63,998 nucleotides of DNA from a virus, in IMG/VR virus record IMGVR_UViG_3300043408_000061, positions 1 through 63,998 of that record, one strand, 5' to 3'. Positions within the stretch are counted from its first letter, which is position 1. Each line of letters opens with the position of its first letter. The notes below the pieces were generated by a model that was not told where the DNA came from, made no database searches, and saw only the letters and a list, made by a program, of their open reading frames with translations. Of the stretch, positions 35,049-45,682 are shown piece by piece. Position numbers and translations under genes: made by a program.

Positions 35049-35782
35049 ATGAACGCGGAAAAGAAAACCTAGCCTACTCTCAGCAACCCAACGTCGCCAA
35101 GTTTTTGGCGATGGTGCAGGCTGCCGAAGGCTCCAAAGGTTACGCATCAGGGTTCAACAACGTGCCGCTTAAATCATTGGATGCACATCCAATGACTAAG
35201 AGCACGTTCACGCAAACCGATGGCACTACGAACTCGACCACAGCTGCAGGCAAATACCAGTTCATAGGAAAGACATGGAACGGTTTAAAATCCAAGCTGG
35301 GGCTTGAAGACTTCGGCGGCCCTGCGCAAGAAGCTGCAGCTGTTGAGCTTTTGCGCGAGAAGGGTGCGCTTGACGCCATCATCAAAGGCGACTGGACCAC
35401 AGCACTGGCCAAGACCGGAAGCACTTGGGCCTCACTGCCAACATCACCGTATAAGCAAGCCAAGCGCAGTTTGGATTTCGTGTATGAAAAGCTGGGTGAG
35501 AAGCGACCTGAAGGCGCAGTGTTCAAAGAGTTCTTCAAACAGCCGGCGCCAACAGGCGATTCGCCAATAGACACCACAACACCGTGGAACGCAGCTGTTG
35601 CAGGCGCACCACACTGGTCCGAAGACTTGGTTCGGCAAGCACAGATAGCTGACGATGAGCGCAACAAGCAGTCTGACCTACACGCCATGTTTTCTGATGG
35701 TACTACACCCAACCCAAAACATGAGATAGATTTGCCGCCAGCTGTGCGTGCTGCACTTGATGATATAATCCGGGCAGTTTAA
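35045..35782 (+). CDS. lambda-R-type (GH104) lytic transglycosylase
   Basis: FLAMVQAAEGS...AAGKYQFIGKTWNGLKSKLGLEDFGGPAQEAAAVELLREKGALDAI...TWASLP aligns by eye with phage lambda R. Confidence 0.85.
   Translation: MNERGKENLAYSQQPNVAKFLAMVQAAEGSKGYASGFNNVPLKSLDAHPMTKSTFTQTDGTTNSTTAAGKYQFIGKTWNGLKSKLGLEDFGGPAQEAAAVELLREKGALDAIIKGDWTTALAKTGSTWASLPTSPYKQAKRSLDFVYEKLGEKRPEGAVFKEFFKQPAPTGDSPIDTTTPWNAAVAGAPHWSEDLVRQAQIADDERNKQSDLHAMFSDGTTPNPKHEIDLPPAVRAALDDIIRAV
35761..35769 (+). promoter_or_regulatory. extended -10-like element TGATATAAT upstream of the giant gene
   Basis: TGnTATAAT inside the 3' end of the transglycosylase gene, 31 nt before the ATG at 35801. Confidence 0.35.
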
Positions 35783-35800
35783 ACTTTTACTTTCCTGACT

Positions 35801-38800
35801 ATGGCTGATATTTTTGACACCGGATTTTCAACAGTATCAGACAAAGAATGGCGGGCATTCCTAGATGAGTCAAGCCGTCCGCTTGTAGATGCACCAACAT
35901 CAGGCCGCAGTCAAACAGCGAACTTCGCTAAGCAGTTGGCGGATGCCCAACGCGCAGAGCAAAACGCCATCATCGACGCCAACAACGCGTCAGTAAAATT
36001 ACAGAATGAAGCAACCAAAGCTGCAGAGAAAGCAGCTAAAGAAACCGCAAAGCAGGCTAAGCTGGATGCTAAGGCGTTGCGCGAGGCAGGTCTACCGGAC
36101 ATTACGGAGCAGAAGCCCCTGCCTTTAAACTGGTTTGAGGCTAAGAAAGCTACAGACTATGACAACAAGCCATACGTAGAGCAGCAGCGCATCTACGGCG
36201 ATTGGCTTGACCAAGCTCAGGTAAGCATAGTCACAGCTAACCCGTCAAAGGCAGCCACTGCGCGCGCTGAGCTTGAGGCCAAAATCCCAATGCCTACAAA
36301 ACCGAAGGCGGACTTCGGTGACACGGACATCTTAGATAAGATGAACGTCGGTGCTCGCAGTTTGCTTGAGGGTGGAGCTAAAGTGGCTGCTGCGTTCATG
36401 GATGAAGGCGCTAGCAAACAATCCGTGCTGCAGTTTGCCAGTGAGCAAGCGGCGGCAAAGCAAGAAGCACGCCAGAACTTCAGCCCTGAAACTCTCGACG
36501 CTGAAAAAATGACAGCGTTTAAAAAACAGCAGCTCATCGAGAAGTATGGAAGTGAAGATGCCATACCTGCATGGGAGGGCTTCAAGCAAGGTGTTAGCAG
36601 CATGACCCAAGGCGGTGTTGTGCAAACCATCGGTAACGTAGGTCAATCGCTTGCATCTTCTGCGCCGTCCGTGGCAGGCAACGCTATGCGTATTGCAGGT
36701 GCCGGCCTGACAGCTACTGGCGGTGGCGCAGTCCTCGGCGTCCCACTTATGGCTGCAGGCACCGGCTTGGCCACGTTGGGCGGTGCTATTTCAACCGCTG
36801 CCGATGTCGGTAGCGATGTAAACGAAGAAGCCATCAAGCTGTATGAAAAGCAAGGCCTCAGTCCTAAAGCCGCACGCATTAAGGCTGAGGCCGCTACACG
36901 CACTGGCGCGTTAGCCGGTGCAGTGGTCGGTGGCATTGAGGGTTTGGTAGGCGCTAAGCTCGGTGCAGGTTCTGCTGTCAAGGCAGGTGTTGGAAGCATG
37001 GCTAAAAAGGCCACTATCGAAACTGCATCTGAAGGCGTGGCCGAAGGCGTCGGTCGAACAGCTGTAAACGCAACGCTTATCAACGAAGGCGACAATCGCA
37101 GCTTGACACGCGGTGTAGCTGAGGCTGCAGCGCAGGGCGCGATTGGCGGTTTAGGCATGGCTGCAGGCGGTCACGCATTAGCCCAAGCCACAGGCGCTAA
37201 AGAAGCACAAACGGAATCAGGCCCTGCGCCAATACCGCTGGTGCCCCAGGCCAACACGCCACAAGCTCCAGTACAAACACCCGTGTCAAATATTCCAGCG
37301 CTTGAAGCTGCAGCTGCAGCCCAAGACGCACTCGAAGCAGCCCAAGCCAAAGGCGACCCCGCTGAGATTGCAGTTGCGCAAGCTACGTTCGAGGCTGCAC
37401 GCAAAGCTGCTATAGAACCTGTAGCAACTGAGGCAACAACTACGCCTGCTGCAGTAGAAAATGTACCTAATGTTGAAGCCTTGCGCGTTGACGCGGAAAC
37501 AAAGACCGCTGTTGCTGAGGCCACACCGAAGGAAGACCCGGCATACCCTGCAGTGCAGCAGGCAGCTACGGACGCACGCGAAGCATATCAGGTTGCTATA
37601 GATTCTATAGCTGCTAATGCCGTAGAAACGAATCGTGTTGCAGATGCAGCAATCACCGACATGTTGACAAAGATTGAAGCCATCGGTGGGGGCATCTCAG
37701 ACTACGGCGTTAGCTTTGAGCCATTGGCCGGAGCCATTGGTCGCAGCGAGGGTATGCTGGTGGCGCAGGCAGCTAAGCGCCCGTGGGCATTGGACATCGC
37801 TAAAGGCGTTGAGCCTATCGTGGCTGTCGCCAGCGACGCAACTATTGAGCCGGCACAGCGGGCTGCAGCGCAGGCAGTTATCGCAGCGTTCGAGGCTACA
37901 GGCACACCGCTGCCAAAATACGAAACCACTAACCCGCCACGTGGTAGCACATCAGGTTCAATGTCGCACAGCAACATCAATCCTGCTGTACCGGGTGTAC
38001 TAAAACTAAACCGTAAATCTGCAGGCATAGCGACAATCATTCACGAGAATGTCCACGCGCTCACAGTGCTGGGGCTTGAGCAGATGCGCCGAAGTGGTAG
38101 CAAGCGAGACAAAGATGTTCTCGCTGGGCTTGACGCTATAATGGATTTCATTGAGCAGCACGCAGCAATACGGGCAACTAAAGCCGGTGCGATGTACGCA
38201 GCTAAGAATCGCTTTGAACTATTGGCAGAATCCATGAGTGGGCGCGCTTTGCCGTTCACATCTCAGTACACTGTGCAGGATGTCATCGACGCTGGAGAAC
38301 TTAGCCAAGGTGCAATTGAAGGCTTGATGATTCTAACCAATCGTCAGCCGACCACACTGCAGCAACTGTTCGCCAAGGCCAGGGACTACGTGCTCAAGGC
38401 CATGGGTTTGGCAGCCGCACGCAAAGGCAGTATCAGCGATGCGGTTCTGGCCGCGCAGGACATCGCCATGAATCGCCAATCATCAATGCTTGTGGAAAAC
38501 AGCGATGAGACCCTTGCCCCAGGCTATAGCTACGCAGGAAAGAACGCAACCGGAAACTACGCTACAAGCCTGTCGCAACTGGTGCAAGGTTTGCCCCAGA
38601 AGTACGAAGGTATTTACACCACAGCCGACGGTACCGCGATTGACCCCAACGACAGCTTGGCCTCAGTCGCCAGCAAGCCAGCCGTTGTCGCATTGCTCAA
38701 GGCCAAAGGATTTGATGGCTTCAAGACCGAGGGCGGTGAGACGTTCAGCTTGACAAACAATGACTCAAGCGGAAACTTCGATGCGTGGTTCAACGGAAGC

Positions 38801-41800
38801 AAGGTTGTCGATAAGCAAGGCAACCCATTGAAGATGTACACCAGTACATCTTCCGATGTGGACTTTAAAAAATTCAAGATGCCCCGTAATGGTACTTGGT
38901 TCACAATGTGGGCTGACTCAGCATCTGATTATGCGATTGACAACGATTCCAAAGGTTTGAAATACAACCCTGACACTCGGAAGTACGACGATGTTAACTC
39001 CGCTTCTCGCGTGCTGCCAGTATATCTACGTATTGTCAACCCGTACCCTATGACATCCGTGGATATGCAGCGTGTCAATGTGGCAAACTACAAGGCGGCT
39101 CAGGCCAAGTTGTTCGACGAGCTTCGAGCCAAAGGTTATGATGGTGTGCAGTGGTCGCCTGCTGAGTGGGTTGCTATAGGTTCTGCAAATCAAATTAAAT
39201 CCGCTATCGGTAACAACGGTGATTTCAGCCTCAGTTCGCCATTGATAAACAATGACGAAACACCACAAGCAAAGGCTATCACAGCGCAGGTTGCAAATAT
39301 CCAGCGCGTCATCGTCAGCAAGCGCACGACCAACGAGCAGCGCCTGACATACGTCGCTCGATTCCTCAACGGTACGCATGATGCGGACGTGATGAACGCA
39401 ATAAACGAAACTGGTGTAGGCCTGACGGTTCGCGCTTCACGTGAGACGCGTGCGCCATGGGCCGAAGCCGTACACTACGGTGACAAAGACTTATTGCAAG
39501 CCATCGCCACTGGCGCGTCAGATGTTGGTCAAGGTGCGGCAGCCCAAGCGCGTGCCGTGTTGCGCATGTACATGGAAGCCGGTCAAGACTTACCGAAAGT
39601 AGTAAAGATTGACGGCCTTATTCCTTTTGGTGATAAAGAAGCCATGGGTCAGTACATCCCTGAGCACCACACTGTTGAGCTGTCAGACCTATCAGACCCA
39701 AGCCACGCGGTGCATGAGTACCTGCACGGTGTTACACAGCTGGGCGTTGACGCTGCAAGCCGCAGTCCTGAAGGTAAGGCGCTCAAGTCCGTGATGCAGT
39801 ACATGCTCACATCCATGCGTACAACCGTGGTTCGTGAGGGTGAGACAAAGCCTTATGGCCTTGAGAACGAGCATGAGATGATGGGTGAATTGTTTAGTCC
39901 GTCGTTGCTGTCCGTGGCTGCACGCACCCCAATCGGAACGCCGCAGTCCAAAGCTGCACAGAAGATGATTGCTGAGCTGATGGGTGAGAAACCCGGCACC
40001 ATGATTCAACTGCTAGACGCGCTCATCCGTAAGATTGTGTCTTACATCGGTGTGAAGACGGTACCAAACAACATGGCAGAACTTTTGAGTCGTGTAGCTG
40101 CACGCGCTGTCGATGAAACGCGCAAGGCTGTGAACGATGGCATCGCGCCAGCGGACGCATTAGACCGTCCGGCGTTAGCTCCTGAGAGTGCAGCGTTCAA
40201 GTTGTGGTTTGGCAATAGCAAGGTTGTAGATGCAAGCGGCAAGCCTTTGGTTGTGTATCACGGTACTGGTGATGACATATCACGCTTCAAGGACGGGTTC
40301 GCACGAGCACGTAAAGGGTTCTACTTTACATCAAACCCTGAGTTCGCAGGTCGCTTTGCGGAAGACGCCGCAAGCGGCATTGGCTACGAATCTGATGAGC
40401 GAGCACAAGGTGCAAGCATCGTACCGGTATATTTAAGTTTGCAAAACCCTATTGACACTACTGCAGGTTGGCCTATCAGTGCGCTCAAAGGGCGTGTATC
40501 TGAAGTTGATTTAGCTGAGCTGCAGGACCTAGAGCCTACGGATTTTTGGATTGGCCTTGATGATGACCTCGGTTCTCGCGTATCTTCAGCCCTTAAAGCG
40601 TCAGGCTTTGATGGTGTTAAGGCTACAGAAGGTGGTAACCCTGTGTTCGTAGCCTTCGAGCCAAATCAAATAAAATCTGCCACGGGTAATAGCGGCAATT
40701 ATGATGGCTCGTCGCTCTTCATCAACGATGAAGTCCTGCCATCCGGCACTGTGCCACTGAGCATGAACACCCTAGGCCAAACGCTGACAGGCCGCATGGC
40801 AGGTGGCGATTACATAAACAATATCACCGCTGGTGTTAACGTCGAGCCTGTGCTGTTGTCCAGCAAGGTGCGTATGTTGGCCGCTGGTGAGAGTAGTCGC
40901 AGCGACAACTTCAAACAGCGCAAGGTGAACCAGCTAAATGACTTGCTGCACGACGCTCAAGGACCCGCGAAGCGCTGGATTATGTCACTGCCAATCAGCG
41001 AGGCTGCACGCCGCCGTATCAGCGACTTGCTATACCTGGCTCCCGGCAAGCGTGACAACGCGCTTACTGACGCCATGGAAAACCACGGCGGTAACGACGT
41101 GCTCGCGCAGCTGTCAGACATTAAGCGCAGCACCAAAGGCCTGACGTATGAGACTATCACCAGCTGGGTTGGTCACTGGATTACCGCCAACCACGTCGCA
41201 GAGAAAAACGACGGGCTTGTAGCCAAGCGTAAATCTGCGGCAGATGAAGCGGCAGTCGCATCAATGCAGAAGCCTAACGACATGCGCCTAGCGCTTGCAG
41301 CCGCTCGCGCGCAGCAGGCGTATCAAAACCAAGTTGACGCTGTTAACTCCACGGACTTAAACGCTGGCACGGAACAAGGCCCTGCGCACAAGGCTGGTGT
41401 GGCAGGTGGTTTGAATAACGCGCAGGCGGCAGCGCTCATGGCTGCAGTTGAAGGTCGCATACCGGTTGACAAGCTCAAGGCCGTGGCTGAGCGCGTGTAT
41501 GACCTGAACGCATACCGCTTGACGCTTGACATCGAGAGTGGCAAGGCTAATATCGTTAACGTACAGACGTTCCTAAAGCTGTCCGACGCTGACACACTCA
41601 AGTTGCAAGCGTTACACGACGCTGCACGCGATGGTACTGCAACTGAAGACATGCGCAATGAAGTGCGTGCGTTAGTGCGTAGTGAGTACGTACCTATGAC
41701 CGGGCACCCAATGTCCAGCATCGACGGTGCTGAGGCGGGTGTGTTCGGAGCCGGCAGCGCACAGCCAAATAGCCAAAAGAATTTCACCATGGAAGGCCGC

Positions 41801-43759
41801 ACGCGTGGCGTAGCTGACAACGGTATCGCAACCACGCTATCAGGATTGGTTAAGAGCGCCACGTTCCACGGATACGCAGACTTCACCACTGGTATTGGAG
41901 AAGCATACGACATGCTGAGCGACGACCAACGTGCAGCCGTAGGTATCACCAAGCATACAACCAAAGGTACTACGCGCGGTGGTGACAACGTTATTCTCGA
42001 TGGCCGCAAGAACAACGAAGTGAGCTACACTATTCAAGACCCTGCTGTGCTGGATGCAATACGTAAATCCAACGTCGCTGAGCATGACTACTTGCTGCAG
42101 AACTCCATCGGGAAGCTGACCAAGGGCTTTGCGTATTTGGTTACACAGGCTAACCCAATATTCGGTGTGAAGAACTTGATTAACGACGTTATCGAGCGTT
42201 CTCTTGTCCTATCAACGCGTGAATATTTCACGGCATCTGGCGGAAAGACTACGATTGGTGCTATGAAAATGGTAGCTAATACTGGTACCGCTTTCGGCGC
42301 TGTTAACCGCTTGTTGCGGGGTACTGCAGACTACAGCCAAGAGGCTGACATCGCATTGCGCGACTTGGTTGCAGCTGGCGGTATGAGTATAAGCCGTGAT
42401 GTGTTTGCGCGTGACGCGGTGAGTTTGTCTCGCAAGATTCGAGCAGCCGGTGACGGCGCTATGAGCGCACGCGGTGTAGTGCATACCGTTGGCAGTTGGA
42501 TTGACAAGTGGAATAAGCAGTTTGATATGGTGTCACCGCTTGCGTCGTACTTGGCATTGCGCCAAGCCGGTGTCACTGAGGTAGACGCTGCTGGTGGTGC
42601 GCTGGACCTGATGAACTTCCGCAAGAAGGGTGCTGCCATGGGCAACATATCTCAGGTATATGCGTTTGCACAACCGGCAGTAACTGGTGGCGCCAACATG
42701 CTGGGTGCGTTGAGCACTAAGAAAGGCCTCACGATTGCAGCGACATCGCTTATCGGGTTCGCGGCACTGCAGGCACTGGCCGAGGCTGGAGCAGATGATG
42801 ACGAAGGCGGAAACCTGCTGCGCCAACTACCTGATTATGCACGCAATCAGAACTTGAATGTGCAAGTTGGCGATTACGTTATCAGTGTCCCGTTGGGCTT
42901 CGGTACAACACGACTGGCCAAGACCGTAGGACGCATCGGTTCCGACATGGTGTACAAAGACAAAGGCGCTGGCGAAGCGCTGGTCGATATTGTCAAAGAG
43001 GGTTTGGTTCCAGCGCTGCTGCCGATTGAAGACACGAAAATTAAGGACCCGCTCAAGAAAGTGGCGTTCGAGTTTACACCTACAGCATTGAAGCCGTTGG
43101 CCGCATTAGCATTGAACGTGGATTCACAAGGCAATCAGATTGACCGTGAGAAGTGGATTGACCCTAAGCAATATCGTCACATGCAGGGTAGCAAGACTAT
43201 TGCCCCTCAATACCGTGACTTGGCAGCGCTTACGTTTGAGATGTCCGGCGGTATGCTCGACCTAACGCCTGAAGCTGCAAAGACAGTTATTCAGGGCTAC
43301 AGCTTGGGGTTGTTTAAGACGCTCGTCGCTGAGACAATAACAAACCCACATCGTGAATCCCAAGGCAAGGATACACCATTACCTATCGTTGGTTCATTGC
43401 TGTCATCAGTGGCCAAGCCTATCAACGAGGATGCGTGGAAAGGCCAAGTGCGTGCAGCTCAGCAAGAGCTGGATGAATTGAAGCGGGAAGAGGCTAAGCT
43501 AGAAGCTAGCAGCAACCCTGATGACCGCGTGGCACTGCGTGATTTGCAGCGTAAGCCTGAGTACAAACTCCTGCAGACATACGATGAGCTTGACAAGCGC
43601 TTACGCGCTGAATCTGCACGCGTTACACGCTCAGAGAACTCAGGCCAGATTACTGAGAAGGCAGCCAAAGAGCGCAAGGATACCATACGCGAGCGCCGGT
43701 CAGTTGAAGAAGCTAAGTTCTTGGTGCAATGGCGCAAAGCAAAGGGCCTCAACGAGTGA
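35801..43759 (+). CDS. giant (2652 aa) polyvalent virion/ejection protein with two HExxH modules and two ART-like modules
   Basis: Single uninterrupted ORF. HENVH at 38042-38056 and HEYLH at 39713-39727. ART-like modules at about 38768-39220 and 40190-40696. Gly/Ala-rich hydrophobic N-terminal region and C-terminal hydrophobic segments. Confidence 0.8.
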   Translation: MADIFDTGFSTVSDKEWRAFLDESSRPLVDAPTSGRSQTANFAKQLADAQRAEQNAIIDANNASVKLQNEATKAAEKAAKETAKQAKLDAKALREAGLPDITEQKPLPLNWFEAKKATDYDNKPYVEQQRIYGDWLDQAQVSIVTANPSKAATARAELEAKIPMPTKPKADFGDTDILDKMNVGARSLLEGGAKVAAAFMDEGASKQSVLQFASEQAAAKQEARQNFSPETLDAEKMTAFKKQQLIEKYGSEDAIPAWEGFKQGVSSMTQGGVVQTIGNVGQSLASSAPSVAGNAMRIAGAGLTATGGGAVLGVPLMAAGTGLATLGGAISTAADVGSDVNEEAIKLYEKQGLSPKAARIKAEAATRTGALAGAVVGGIEGLVGAKLGAGSAVKAGVGSMAKKATIETASEGVAEGVGRTAVNATLINEGDNRSLTRGVAEAAAQGAIGGLGMAAGGHALAQATGAKEAQTESGPAPIPLVPQANTPQAPVQTPVSNIPALEAAAAAQDALEAAQAKGDPAEIAVAQATFEAARKAAIEPVATEATTTPAAVENVPNVEALRVDAETKTAVAEATPKEDPAYPAVQQAATDAREAYQVAIDSIAANAVETNRVADAAITDMLTKIEAIGGGISDYGVSFEPLAGAIGRSEGMLVAQAAKRPWALDIAKGVEPIVAVASDATIEPAQRAAAQAVIAAFEATGTPLPKYETTNPPRGSTSGSMSHSNINPAVPGVLKLNRKSAGIATIIHENVHALTVLGLEQMRRSGSKRDKDVLAGLDAIMDFIEQHAAIRATKAGAMYAAKNRFELLAESMSGRALPFTSQYTVQDVIDAGELSQGAIEGLMILTNRQPTTLQQLFAKARDYVLKAMGLAAARKGSISDAVLAAQDIAMNRQSSMLVENSDETLAPGYSYAGKNATGNYATSLSQLVQGLPQKYEGIYTTADGTAIDPNDSLASVASKPAVVALLKAKGFDGFKTEGGETFSLTNNDSSGNFDAWFNGSKVVDKQGNPLKMYTSTSSDVDFKKFKMPRNGTWFTMWADSASDYAIDNDSKGLKYNPDTRKYDDVNSASRVLPVYLRIVNPYPMTSVDMQRVNVANYKAAQAKLFDELRAKGYDGVQWSPAEWVAIGSANQIKSAIGNNGDFSLSSPLINNDETPQAKAITAQVANIQRVIVSKRTTNEQRLTYVARFLNGTHDADVMNAINETGVGLTVRASRETRAPWAEAVHYGDKDLLQAIATGASDVGQGAAAQARAVLRMYMEAGQDLPKVVKIDGLIPFGDKEAMGQYIPEHHTVELSDLSDPSHAVHEYLHGVTQLGVDAASRSPEGKALKSVMQYMLTSMRTTVVREGETKPYGLENEHEMMGELFSPSLLSVAARTPIGTPQSKAAQKMIAELMGEKPGTMIQLLDALIRKIVSYIGVKTVPNNMAELLSRVAARAVDETRKAVNDGIAPADALDRPALAPESAAFKLWFGNSKVVDASGKPLVVYHGTGDDISRFKDGFARARKGFYFTSNPEFAGRFAEDAASGIGYESDERAQGASIVPVYLSLQNPIDTTAGWPISALKGRVSEVDLAELQDLEPTDFWIGLDDDLGSRVSSALKASGFDGVKATEGGNPVFVAFEPNQIKSATGNSGNYDGSSLFINDEVLPSGTVPLSMNTLGQTLTGRMAGGDYINNITAGVNVEPVLLSSKVRMLAAGESSRSDNFKQRKVNQLNDLLHDAQGPAKRWIMSLPISEAARRRISDLLYLAPGKRDNALTDAMENHGGNDVLAQLSDIKRSTKGLTYETITSWVGHWITANHVAEKNDGLVAKRKSAADEAAVASMQKPNDMRLALAAARAQQAYQNQVDAVNSTDLNAGTEQGPAHKAGVAGGLNNAQAAALMAAVEGRIPVDKLKAVAERVYDLNAYRLTLDIESGKANIVNVQTFLKLSDADTLKLQALHDAARDGTATEDMRNEVRALVRSEYVPMTGHPMSSIDGAEAGVFGAGSAQPNSQKNFTMEGRTRGVADNGIATTLSGLVKSATFHGYADFTTGIGEAYDMLSDDQRAAVGITKHTTKGTTRGGDNVILDGRKNNEVSYTIQDPAVLDAIRKSNVAEHDYLLQNSIGKLTKGFAYLVTQANPIFGVKNLINDVIERSLVLSTREYFTASGGKTTIGAMKMVANTGTAFGAVNRLLRGTADYSQEADIALRDLVAAGGMSISRDVFARDAVSLSRKIRAAGDGAMSARGVVHTVGSWIDKWNKQFDMVSPLASYLALRQAGVTEVDAAGGALDLMNFRKKGAAMGNISQVYAFAQPAVTGGANMLGALSTKKGLTIAATSLIGFAALQALAEAGADDDEGGNLLRQLPDYARNQNLNVQVGDYVISVPLGFGTTRLAKTVGRIGSDMVYKDKGAGEALVDIVKEGLVPALLPIEDTKIKDPLKKVAFEFTPTALKPLAALALNVDSQGNQIDREKWIDPKQYRHMQGSKTIAPQYRDLAALTFEMSGGMLDLTPEAAKTVIQGYSLGLFKTLVAETITNPHRESQGKDTPLPIVGSLLSSVAKPINEDAWKGQVRAAQQELDELKREEAKLEASSNPDDRVALRDLQRKPEYKLLQTYDELDKRLRAESARVTRSENSGQITEKAAKERKDTIRERRSVEEAKFLVQWRKAKGLNE

Positions 43760-43803
43760 GGCCTTTAGTGCCGGCCAGGGGCCCCCGACCCGGCGCTGTT
43801 GTA

Positions 43804-45240
43804 TCATAGGTAAAAGCGCTCGTCCGTTAGTGCATCGCGCACCATTGTTTCGACATCGGTTTTGCTTTGCAGCATCTGCCAAACGCGACCGTCCCACGTA
43901 CTCTCAACCTCAAGCAAGTACACATTCACCAACCGCTTGTAGCCTGACTGCATTTGGCGTATAGGCCCGATGCGCTCAATCACTTGGAGGAAGTAATCAA
44001 GAGAGAAGAAGGGGGTGTATATCACCATGCTATTACCGCCATGCTGCAGGTTAACACCATGGCCTGCAGACATTGGATGTAGCAGCAGCATCGGTATCTC
44101 GCCGCGATTCCATTTATCCTCAGTCTCGTTGTTGTCATCAAACAGCACAGCATGGGGGAAGCGTGCCTGTATCTTTTTTATGTCATGTTTATACCAGTAT
44201 GTCACGATGATTGGCGCACCGCCGGACTCCTCAACCACGGACTCAAGCGCGTCGAGCTTGAGGCTGTGAATGTCATGCACTTCATCTGTCACACTATCAA
44301 TCAAGGCCCCACTGCAGAACTGCAGGCACTTATTGATAGCTGCGCCAGCGTTGACCGCAGTGATGGTCGTGTCTTCTTTCAGCTTTAGCACGGACTCATC
44401 ACGTAGCGTACGGTACTGGGCCTTTAGCTTGCTGTCAAAGTACACAGGCACATGCACGAAGTTAGGAGCTTCAATATTGAAGTACCGATACGTATCAATC
44501 ACGATGTAAAGATGCTTAATTCGCGCGATAATCTCCTCGGTGGCACCTTGCCATGGCTCGAATACTGCAGCCTCTTTAGAGGTGCCAATACGCTGGCGAA
44601 ACCAGCGGTCAGTGAAGGCTGTGTACGTAGCGCCCAGGGCCTTGCCCCTATCAAGGAACCACGTTTGACCCCAAGCCTTGTGAATACCCCCTGCAGTGAA
44701 TGTGCCTGTCAAGTTAATCCACTGCTTTGACTTGTGAGCCACGGACCCCAGCTCCGCAGCGCGAGCGGTACCGCCACGGCGGTAGAACACCGTACCGGTT
44801 TTAGGGTGCTTAGCCCAGCCACCACGAAACCCTGCCAGCTTGGTTGACTCATCACACACAACACACTCGAAGGGCCACGCGCCATCAAGCTCTTTGATGA
44901 GCCACTCAATATTTTCATAGTTGATTGTGTAGATGTCAGCATCAACGCGCAAGGCTGCACGACGCTGCTCAGGCGTACCGATAATCACCGATGTACGCAG
45001 GTGCTCAAGACCGGACCATAGCTTCGTCTCTGCAGTCCACACGTTCTTGGCCACACGTTTAGGTCCAATGACAAGCGTGCGTGGTGTGGAGCCAGTGAGC
45101 AGTGATTGCATCGAGAGGTGGAACATTGTCAGGCTGGTCTTACCGCCGCCCATGCCGAGGTTTACGCCGCACCGTGGGGTATTGGCCATGTGGTCCCACA
45201 CGTCCGATGCGTAGTCACGAGGCGTGTATATTTTTACCAA
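43804..45240 (-). CDS. SNF2-family helicase
   Basis: GMGGGKT (Walker A), VCDEST (DExx) and a C-terminal LLLHPMSAGHGVNLQ...IERIGPIRQ helicase-C pattern. Confidence 0.8.
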   Translation of the reverse strand: MVKIYTPRDYASDVWDHMANTPRCGVNLGMGGGKTSLTMFHLSMQSLLTGSTPRTLVIGPKRVAKNVWTAETKLWSGLEHLRTSVIIGTPEQRRAALRVDADIYTINYENIEWLIKELDGAWPFECVVCDESTKLAGFRGGWAKHPKTGTVFYRRGGTARAAELGSVAHKSKQWINLTGTFTAGGIHKAWGQTWFLDRGKALGATYTAFTDRWFRQRIGTSKEAAVFEPWQGATEEIIARIKHLYIVIDTYRYFNIEAPNFVHVPVYFDSKLKAQYRTLRDESVLKLKEDTTITAVNAGAAINKCLQFCSGALIDSVTDEVHDIHSLKLDALESVVEESGGAPIIVTYWYKHDIKKIQARFPHAVLFDDNNETEDKWNRGEIPMLLLHPMSAGHGVNLQHGGNSMVIYTPFFSLDYFLQVIERIGPIRQMQSGYKRLVNVYLLEVESTWDGRVWQMLQSKTDVETMVRDALTDERFYL

Positions 45241-45527
45241 CTCATCACCCCATCAGCGCTAACACTATAACCCAGAGCTTCGAGCTCTTGCAACAATACT
45301 TGGAACCACGGTCTATCGTCAAGATTGTCAAGCCGTAGTTTCGAGCCTACGAAATGTAAGTCAATGATGTTCTGCTTGGAGTATATAGTCCGCCACAGTT
45401 CAGCCTCTAGCGTTTTGCAGAAACTGTTATATTCCCTAATAGGGTGGGGTTGGCGTGCGCCTTCGGCAGATATGATGTTTAGCATGTTATCACGTAGGGT
45501 GGTACTGGGTTGCACGGCGTTTCCCAC
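45234..45527 (-). CDS. hypothetical protein (alternative start 45485)
   Basis: 97-aa ORF. Confidence 0.45.
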   Translation of the reverse strand: MGNAVQPSTTLRDNMLNIISAEGARQPHPIREYNSFCKTLEAELWRTIYSKQNIIDLHFVGSKLRLDNLDDRPWFQVLLQELEALGYSVSADGVMSW

Positions 45528-45682
45528 GTAGGCATAGGCGGAGGCTCAGGGCGGTAGTACCTATTAATATTGCCAAACATAACAGCTAGAAGCTCGTGAA
45601 CCTGTCTAGCTGTTTCTATAGTCATATCGTCAACGATTTGTTGTGCTGTTTTCATGAAAGTTCCATAGTTTAAATATCGCAT
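45479..45682 (-). CDS. hypothetical protein
   Basis: 67-aa ORF. Confidence 0.4.
   Translation of the reverse strand: MRYLNYGTFMKTAQQIVDDMTIETARQVHELLAVMFGNINRYYRPEPPPMPTWETPCNPVPPYVITC

Noticed and set aside
35801-43759. The giant ORF as a tape-measure protein or an N4-type virion RNA polymerase.
   Set aside because: I saw no RNAP-like catalytic motifs. No tail tube, sheath or chaperone genes were recognised that would accompany a tape measure. The duplicated HExxH and ART-like modules fit a polyvalent ejection protein better. This remains unverified.
43760-43803. Bidirectional terminator at the convergent junction of the two arms.
   Set aside because: The 44-nt gap is GC-rich (GCCGGCCAGGGGCCCCCGACCCGGC). 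I could only draw short stems with no workable loop and no T-tract.
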